Below, piece by piece: positions 26,859-32,000 of a DNA stretch of 32,000 nucleotides. Numbering within the stretch: the first letter of the stretch is position 1; each line of letters opens with the position of its first letter. Source of the DNA: Faecalibaculum rodentium (GTDB taxonomy: Bacteria; Bacillota_I; Bacilli_A; Erysipelotrichales; Erysipelotrichaceae); the NCBI RefSeq assembly GCF_001564455.1, contig NZ_CP011391.1, forward strand, positions 1,290,001 through 1,322,000, read 5' to 3'. Position numbers and translations under genes: made by a program. Under the pieces are notes generated by a model. The model had not been told where the DNA came from, made no database searches, and saw only the letters and a program-made list of their open reading frames with translations.

Positions 26859-26884
26859 TAAAAAGCCGGGCAATTCGCCCGGCT
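26859..26884 (-). terminator. Intrinsic terminator of the LOG / small charged protein operon
   Basis: Minus strand reads AGCCGGGCG-AATT-GCCCGGCT followed by TTTTT. Confidence 0.75.
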
Positions 26885-26912
26885 CTTTACTCTGCATGTC
26901 AGCTGAGACAGC

Positions 26913-27188
26913 TTATTTCTTTTCTTTGGCTTCTGCTGCCTCGATCTCCTTGTTTTCCTCGGTGATCTTGCGCTCGTCCTTGCCAATGTGTTCCTGTTTG
27001 CGCTCGATGACGTTTTCATCGTGCTGGATTTCCTTTTCACGGAGATCCTTCATGAACTTGGACTTGTCGTCCTTCAGTTCTTCTTCGTGTTTGGCGATAT
27101 CTTTCTGCTTGCTCGCAACCACATCCACGTCATGCTCTTCAACATGCTCGAGGATGTCACGTTCCATTTTCTTGAATGCTTCGGCCAT
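26913..27188 (-). CDS. Small highly charged (K/E/H/D-rich) hypothetical protein, 91 aa
   Basis: Start at the ATG at 27188 (MAEAFKKMERD) with AAGGAGGCA SD, 26 nt downstream of the LOG gene. It is predicted helical and low-complexity. Confidence 0.6.
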   Translation of the reverse strand: MAEAFKKMERDILEHVEEHDVDVVASKQKDIAKHEEELKDDKSKFMKDLREKEIQHDENVIERKQEHIGKDERKITEENKEIEAAEAKEKK

Positions 27189-27214
27189 GGGAAATGCCTC
27201 CTTTGTCAAACCCA

Positions 27215-27778
27215 TTATAGAGCCCGGGTTTCCGCCTTCCCACTCCCCTGCCCGATCCAGTCCACGGCCTTTCGCGGGGTGTCACAGATTTCAAACAGCT
27301 CCCAGATGTAGTCACCGAGAAAGTCCTGCTCGATGGCATTCGTCAGCATCTGGATCATCGGATCGAAAAACCCATTGGTATTCAGGACCACCAGCGGTTT
27401 GTCCGTCTGTTTCAGCTGTTTCAGGGTCAGGATCTCGAAAAACTCCTCATAGGTACCGATACTGCCAGGAGTCATGATGAATGCATCCGCAAGTTCTTCC
27501 ATCATCTGTTTGCGCTGCCGCATGGTCTCCGTGAAGTAGAACTCTGTGCAGCTTTTCGCCAGGACGCCATCCACATCGAAGAATCGTGGCGACACGCCAA
27601 TGGAGTCTCCTCCTGCCGCCTGGATACCGTCGAGCACAGCCCCCATCATCCCGGTCTGTCCACCGCCGAAGATCAGCGTCATATCCGCGTCCGCCATCAG
27701 GATTCCCAACTCACGCCCGGCTTCTTTATACACAGGCGCGATCCGGCTGCTGCTCGCACCATATACACAAACTCTCAT
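27215..27778 (-). CDS. LOG family (TIGR00730) nucleotide 5'-monophosphate nucleosidase-like protein
   Basis: VYGASS...GGGQTGMMGAV and PGSIGTYEEF (PGGxGTxxE motif). Start at the ATG at 27778 (MRVCVYG), 6 nt after GGAGGG. Confidence 0.85.
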   Translation of the reverse strand: MRVCVYGASSSRIAPVYKEAGRELGILMADADMTLIFGGGQTGMMGAVLDGIQAAGGDSIGVSPRFFDVDGVLAKSCTEFYFTETMRQRKQMMEELADAFIMTPGSIGTYEEFFEILTLKQLKQTDKPLVVLNTNGFFDPMIQMLTNAIEQDFLGDYIWELFEICDTPRKAVDWIGQGSGKAETRAL

Positions 27779-27870
27779 GTTCATCCCTCCACGGGTTTCA
27801 TCATACCATGCAGTCATTGTGTCGCTGATGCCAATGCTGGCAATCAGACATCAGATAAGAGTACAAAGTG

Positions 27871-27897
27871 GAAAAGGGCCTGTCCACAGACAAGCCC
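27871..27897 (-). terminator. Intrinsic-terminator-like hairpin ~95 nt upstream of the LOG gene
   Basis: Minus strand reads GGGCTTGTC-TGTG-GACAGGCCC followed by TTTTCC. Confidence 0.55.
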
Positions 27898-28144
27898 TGT
27901 TCTCTACGGGATTGGATATCCAGGCAGACTGCATCAGCCATCAGGAGAAGACGATGAAACAAACCTGACTCTGCGGAAGCATCGTTGCAGATGGCCGTAC
28001 TTCAACCTGCACAGTCACATCCAGCACCAGTCCAAAACAGTCCACTCATCCTCTTATCATGACGCTTCGGCTGACAATTCTTTGGTATCACTTCAGAGGG
28101 AACAGCAGAATTCGAAACAGACCTCACTCCAAAGAAACATCGGT

Positions 28145-28175
28145 GCAGATGACTGTTCTTTGAACAGACATCTGC
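28145..28175 (-). other. Long hairpin immediately after the secreted-protein gene stop (no U-tract)
   Basis: GCAGATGaCTGTTC-TTT-GAACAGaCATCTGC is a 14 bp stem with one central mismatch. Confidence 0.5.
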
Positions 28176-28182
28176 ATGGATG

Positions 28183-28932
28183 TTACCACGCTGTCGCTAT
28201 ATCCAGCTGTGTGGGATTGGCAGCTGCGAAACCACCGGTATCACAGACAATGCCCATGCCCATGGATGTGGGAACCAGGCTGCCCCTTGGCCGCAGGCCA
28301 AAGTTGGCTGCCACCATGACATAGTCGCCCAGCATTTTGGCACCGTCACCACGCACCCAGTACGGGTCGTTGTTGCCCATTCCACGCATGATGGAAACCA
28401 CGCCGCTCATGTCCAGATTGTAGTAGGTTTCACGGCCGGAAGGCCCCTGGACCACGCCCGCAGACGGAGACAGGACCGGGCCGCTCCAGCTGGTGGCCTG
28501 TGCTGCTGCTTTTTTCTTTGCAGCTTCTTCCTTTGCCTTCTCCTCTTCTTCCCGGCGCTTCTTTTCTTCGGCCTCGGCCTTTTTCTTTGCTTCCTCAGCT
28601 TCCTTTTTACGCTGTTCCGGACTCTTGTCCGTCAGGGTATTCTCATCTGCATACCAGGTCTTTCCCTGGTACTCCAGACGGGCGGTTCCGGTGCCGGACT
28701 CACCGGTGAGTTTGACCTTCGTATTGCCGGAAACGAGCACCGTTTCCCCCAGGTTGTTGGAAGGATGATCGGAGAATGAAGTTGTGGACTCCACCCATAC
28801 CGTCTTGTTCATGTCTTCAAAATGATACTGGGGAAACAGCAGGCTCTTGTGTTCTGCTGCAGCCGCCGGCATGGAACCGGCGAGAAACATCAGGCAGGCG
28901 CCGGCAGCGCCCTGTATCGCTTTTTTTATCAT
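28183..28932 (-). CDS. Secreted protein with K/E/A-rich linker and C-terminal 3D/DPBB-like (cell-wall lytic transglycosylase-like) domain
   Basis: Start at the ATG at 28932 (MIKKAIQGAAGACLMFLAGSMPAAAAE, a signal peptide) with GAGGAAG SD. The C-terminus VMVAANFGLRPRGSLVPTSMGMGIVCDTGGFAAANPTQLDIA resembles the 3D-domain pattern vA.d..iP.G......a.DtGg....iDi. Confidence 0.6.
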   Translation of the reverse strand: MIKKAIQGAAGACLMFLAGSMPAAAAEHKSLLFPQYHFEDMNKTVWVESTTSFSDHPSNNLGETVLVSGNTKVKLTGESGTGTARLEYQGKTWYADENTLTDKSPEQRKKEAEEAKKKAEAEEKKRREEEEKAKEEAAKKKAAAQATSWSGPVLSPSAGVVQGPSGRETYYNLDMSGVVSIMRGMGNNDPYWVRGDGAKMLGDYVMVAANFGLRPRGSLVPTSMGMGIVCDTGGFAAANPTQLDIATAW

Positions 28933-29193
28933 ACACTCTTCCTCGCTGTTGTTGAATTTAACAAGGAAGTGATTCAGGTGCAATAAAATGTGCGCTTTTC
29001 ACATCCAATCACATTTGGTAACCGTTTACTGTGGGAAAGTATGTGCTCAACAAGTGATTTACCCGACAATCATCACATAAATGACACAATCATTGCGAAA
29101 ACAGACAAATTCATGAAAGCGCTTGCCGCAAGTCCCGCACTCGTCCTCGTCAGACCGGTGAATGCAGCTTCGGGGATGTTTCCGGTCTGCACG

Positions 29194-29217
29194 AAAAAAG
29201 GAGAGACACTGCTCTCC
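29194..29217 (-). terminator. Intrinsic terminator of the YaaH-like gene
   Basis: Minus strand reads GGAGAG-CAGTGT-CTCTCC followed by TTTTTT, about 25 nt after the stop. Confidence 0.8.
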
Positions 29218-29242
29218 TGTCCAGATATCCACAAACACCAGA

Positions 29243-29881
29243 TCAGTCACGACCATTGCCGCTTCCCTGTTCCGGTCTCTGCTCCACCTCTCCCATCAGC
29301 TGCGCCAGTGTCGGCCCCTGAGGAATCCTCCTGCCGGCAGCCCGGTACATCAGCGAGATTCCATAATACATCCCGGTGATGCCAAACAGCAGCAGACACC
29401 AGGCACCGGCCATGTGAAGCCATGGTAGAGAAGCCAGCGTGCCGATGCTGGAGCCCAGGAACCCGAGTGCCACGAAGACGTGGGAGAGAAACTCATACAG
29501 CGGCATGCGTGTCATGAGCGGCAGAATGGCTGTCACGAAGAGTCCGCCCAGCAGGATGATCACCGCGCTGATCCAAGGATGAAACGGGATCCCCATGCGG
29601 TTGGACTGCACCATGACGATCTGGGTGATGCCTCCGGAGAATCCCAGGATGACACTCAGGACCAGATTCACGTTCGCATGCAGATCGCCCCGGATCAGCG
29701 CCAGGATGCTGCCGGCGAAGGCACCGGTTCCCAGGCAGATCTCTATGATGCCCTGGGTCATGGCACTGTCCTGCGGAAGTTTCGTCACGGTGGACAGCCA
29801 CGTCAGGATACCGAAGGTGGAAAACAGGAACTGCAGGGCAGGATCCGGGGATGCTATGGTGGATTTCGTCTTCATCATCAT
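29243..29881 (-). CDS. Six-TM membrane protein, GPR1/FUN34/YaaH (acetate/succinate uptake SatP)-like
   Basis: 212 aa with about 6 hydrophobic helices. The C-terminal YYGISLMYRAAGRRIPQGP resembles the family's Y..a...N...gr..lP.G tail. Three consecutive ATGs and no SD. Confidence 0.45.
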   Translation of the reverse strand: MMMKTKSTIASPDPALQFLFSTFGILTWLSTVTKLPQDSAMTQGIIEICLGTGAFAGSILALIRGDLHANVNLVLSVILGFSGGITQIVMVQSNRMGIPFHPWISAVIILLGGLFVTAILPLMTRMPLYEFLSHVFVALGFLGSSIGTLASLPWLHMAGAWCLLLFGITGMYYGISLMYRAAGRRIPQGPTLAQLMGEVEQRPEQGSGNGRD

Positions 29882-29912
29882 GACTGTATTCTAAAAAGAG
29901 ACGCCATGCGAT

Positions 29913-29948
29913 TCATCCGTGGTGCCTGAAAAACCGCCGGCGTTTCAT
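29913..29948 (-). CDS. 11-codon upstream ORF (MKRRRFFRHHG) in the leader of the YaaH-like gene
   Basis: GGAGGAAG SD lies 5 nt before the ATG at 29948. The TGA stop is 31 nt before the main ATG, which lacks an SD. Translation is unproven. Confidence 0.3.
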   Translation of the reverse strand: MKRRRFFRHHG

Positions 29949-29970
29949 GACTCTTCCTCCGACAGCACAT

Positions 29971-30052
29971 GCAGGCAGACACAAAAGAGGCACCCTGCCT
30001 GAATGGTGCATTTGCGTCCCATTCGTCAGAGTGCCTTTGTGTCTTTGCCTGC
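29971..30052. repeat. 82-nt imperfect inverted repeat (long hairpin) downstream of engB
   Basis: Arms GCAGGCAGACACAAAAGAGGCAC and GTGCCTTTGTGTCTTTGCCTGC give about 20 bp with small bulges. The loop contains a nested GAATGG/CCATTC stem. Confidence 0.7.
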
Positions 30053-30062
30053 AGTGGATGGC

Positions 30063-30725
30063 TCAGGCCTGTTCAGTATTCGATTGTTCGGAGTTTTCCG
30101 CCGGTGTCATTGCCGACTCTTCAGCCACTGCATCAGATTCCTGAACCGGATCCAGTTCCAGAAGTTCACGGATCTTCTGTTCCACTTCCCGCAGCCCGGT
30201 CAATTCCACGCTGGAGACCGGCAGGATGTTTTTCACCGGGATCTGGATTTTCTTCGCAATGGCCTTCAGGTGGGCGGGCCGTTTGGTCTTCGGAACCTTG
30301 TCGATCTTGGTCGCCACTATGACCACCGGAATGTGCATCTCCTTGAAGAAACCGATCATATCGATATCATCAGCCGTCGGGTCGTGCCGGGAATCCACCA
30401 GCTGCACGACCGCCTTGATGTTCTCCCGGTTCTGGAAATAGTCATCCATCATCTGTCCCAGCTGCATCAGCTGGGATTTGCTCATTTTCGCATAGCCGTA
30501 ACCCGGGACATCCACCAGCATCCAGTCGCCGTCAATGGCGAAGAAATTCAGAAGCCTCGTCTTGCCCGGGGTATTGCCGACATAGGCAAGCCGCTTCTTG
30601 CCGGTGAAGGCATTGATGAAACTGGACTTGCCCACATTGCTTCGCCCGACGACCACAACCTCCGGCAGTTCGGACTCAGGCCAGCTGTCCCGCCCGCTGC
30701 TGGAGACAACGAATTCGCTGTTCAT
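30063..30725 (-). CDS. engB: Ribosome biogenesis GTPase YihA/YsxC (EngB)
   Basis: G1 GRSNVGKSS, G3 DVPGYGYA and G4 TKIDK. It lies immediately downstream of lon as in Bacillus, and its ATG overlaps the lon TGA by 1 nt. It has an acidic ~35-aa C-terminal tail. Confidence 0.9.
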   Translation of the reverse strand: MNSEFVVSSSGRDSWPESELPEVVVVGRSNVGKSSFINAFTGKKRLAYVGNTPGKTRLLNFFAIDGDWMLVDVPGYGYAKMSKSQLMQLGQMMDDYFQNRENIKAVVQLVDSRHDPTADDIDMIGFFKEMHIPVVIVATKIDKVPKTKRPAHLKAIAKKIQIPVKNILPVSSVELTGLREVEQKIRELLELDPVQESDAVAEESAMTPAENSEQSNTEQA

Positions 30726-32000
30726 CAGACCAGGGCCTCTTTCAGCACTTCCTGAGCCGTGGCAACGGGAACAAACCGGATGTGGTCCTTCACTTCCTGA
30801 GGCACGTCCTCCAGGTCCTTGACGTTGCCCTTCGGGATCAGGATCGTATCGATCCCGGCACGGTGCGCAGCCAGGCTCTTTTCCTTCAGGCCGCCAATGG
30901 GCAGCACATTGCCACGCAGCGTGACTTCACCGGTCATGGCGAGATTGGACTTTACAGGACGTTCCGAAAGGCAGCTCACAAGCGCCGTCGTCATGGTCAC
31001 ACCGGCACTGGGACCGTCCTTGGGAACAGCCCCTTCCGGTACATGCACATGAATGTCCAGCTTGCCGAAGCACTCCGGATCGATCCCGAATTCCTTCGCA
31101 TGGGAGCGGATGTAGTCCAGCGCAATGCTGGCACTTTCCTTCATGACATCCCCCAGCTGACCGGTCAGCACCAGATTGCCCTTGCCTTCGAACTTCGTGG
31201 CTTCGATCTGCAGGACATCCCCGCCAAAGCTGGTATAGGCCAGACCTGTCACTGTGCCGACCTGGTCCTGTTCTTCCCGCTTGCCGTAGTCTGTCTTTTC
31301 ATTCCCCAGCCACTCATGGACGAGGTCCTTATCCAGAGTGATGGACTCCTTGCCGTCCTTGAGGATCGCCAGCACGGTCTTCCGGGCAATCGCTGCAATG
31401 GTCCGCTCCAGCTGGCGGACACCGGCTTCCCTGGTATAGTACCGGACAAGGTACAGCAGCATGTCATCGCTGATGTGGAGCTGCTCCGGCGTCAGGCCGT
31501 TTTCCTTCAGCTGCTTGGGAACCAGGTGCTCACGGGCGATGTTCACCTTCTCCGCATCGGTGTAGCTGGACAGCTGGATGATTTCCAGACGGTCCTGCAG
31601 GGCAGGCGGAATGTTCTCCAGGTAGTTGGCCGTGGCAATGAAGAGTACGTTGGAGAGATCGTAATTCTCTTCAATGTAGTGATCTGAGAACACACTGTTC
31701 TGCTCCGGATCCAGCACCTCGAGCATGGCACTGGAGGGATCGCCCTTGTAATCCGAGGCCATCTTGTCGATTTCGTCAATCAGGAAGACCGGGTTGACCA
31801 CACTGGCTTTTTTCATGCCCTGAATGATTCGGCCAGGCAGCGCACCGAGATAGGTCCGTCTGTGTCCGCGGATCTCTGCCTCATCACGCACACCGCCCAG
31901 GCTCATCTTCACGAACTTCCGGTCCAGGGCCCGGGCCACGGATCTGGCCAGCGAGGTCTTGCCCACACCGGGAGGACCAACCAGGCAGATGATCGGTGCC
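30725..32000 (-). CDS. lon: ATP-dependent Lon protease (LonA), C-terminal ~425 aa; 5' end lies beyond the window
   Basis: The reading frame is open to the window edge. It shows Walker [10 protein letters not shown], then AAA+ and the proteolytic domain with KDGPSAGV (catalytic Ser) and [19 protein letters not shown] (catalytic Lys). Confidence 0.95.
   Translation of the reverse strand, partial: APIICLVGPPGVGKTSLARSVARALDRKFVKMSLGGVRDEAEIRGHRRTYLGALPGRIIQGMKKASVVNPVFLIDEIDKMASDYKGDPSSAMLEVLDPEQNSVFSDHYIEENYDLSNVLFIATANYLENIPPALQDRLEIIQLSSYTDAEKVNIAREHLVPKQLKENGLTPEQLHISDDMLLYLVRYYTREAGVRQLERTIAAIARKTVLAILKDGKESITLDKDLVHEWLGNEKTDYGKREEQDQVGTVTGLAYTSFGGDVLQIEATKFEGKGNLVLTGQLGDVMKESASIALDYIRSHAKEFGIDPECFGKLDIHVHVPEGAVPKDGPSAGVTMTTALVSCLSERPVKSNLAMTGEVTLRGNVLPIGGLKEKSLAAHRAGIDTILIPKGNVKDLEDVPQEVKDHIRFVPVATAQEVLKEALV

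Noticed and set aside
28480-28640. Repetitive CTTCTT/CTTTTT-rich DNA that looked like a tandem repeat array.
   Set aside because: It is in-frame low-complexity coding sequence, the K/E/A-rich linker KKEAEEAKKKAEAEEKKRREEEEKAKEEAAKKK of the secreted protein. It has no regular repeat-spacer periodicity.

Overview
This 32 kb segment looks like the chromosome of an anaerobic Bacillota (Firmicutes). Genes have Shine-Dalgarno leaders. The core set includes ptsH, a glgC-glgD-glgA glycogen operon, lon-engB, glutamine-dependent nadE, a monomeric [FeFe]-hydrogenase and a 1Fe superoxide reductase. About 28 protein genes are supported. I recognised no rRNA, tRNA or CRISPR array. Three parts are not core. 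(1) A complete-looking class C (IIC) group II intron with an RT/maturase ORF lies at 10867 to about 12775. It starts 4 nt after the U-tract of the intrinsic terminator of an RluA-family gene. (2) A lower-GC island of about 6 kb lies at about 20.7-26.8 kb. It has Bce-like gene order: response regulator, frameshifted histidine kinase, ABC ATPase, double-FtsX permease. It also has two oppositely oriented envelope-protein genes. Each is preceded by one copy of a duplicated ~85-nt promoter/leader element that carries its own SD plus a short ORF. (3) An ISL3-like transposase 3' fragment sits at the left edge. Most core genes carry near full-length mirror ORFs on the opposite strand. I read these as codon-bias artefacts, and they are absent from the island. 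I found no convincing wholly new multi-gene system. The least explained signals are the duplicated leader/uORF module in the island and the hairpin + uORF leader upstream of a YaaH-like membrane protein gene.
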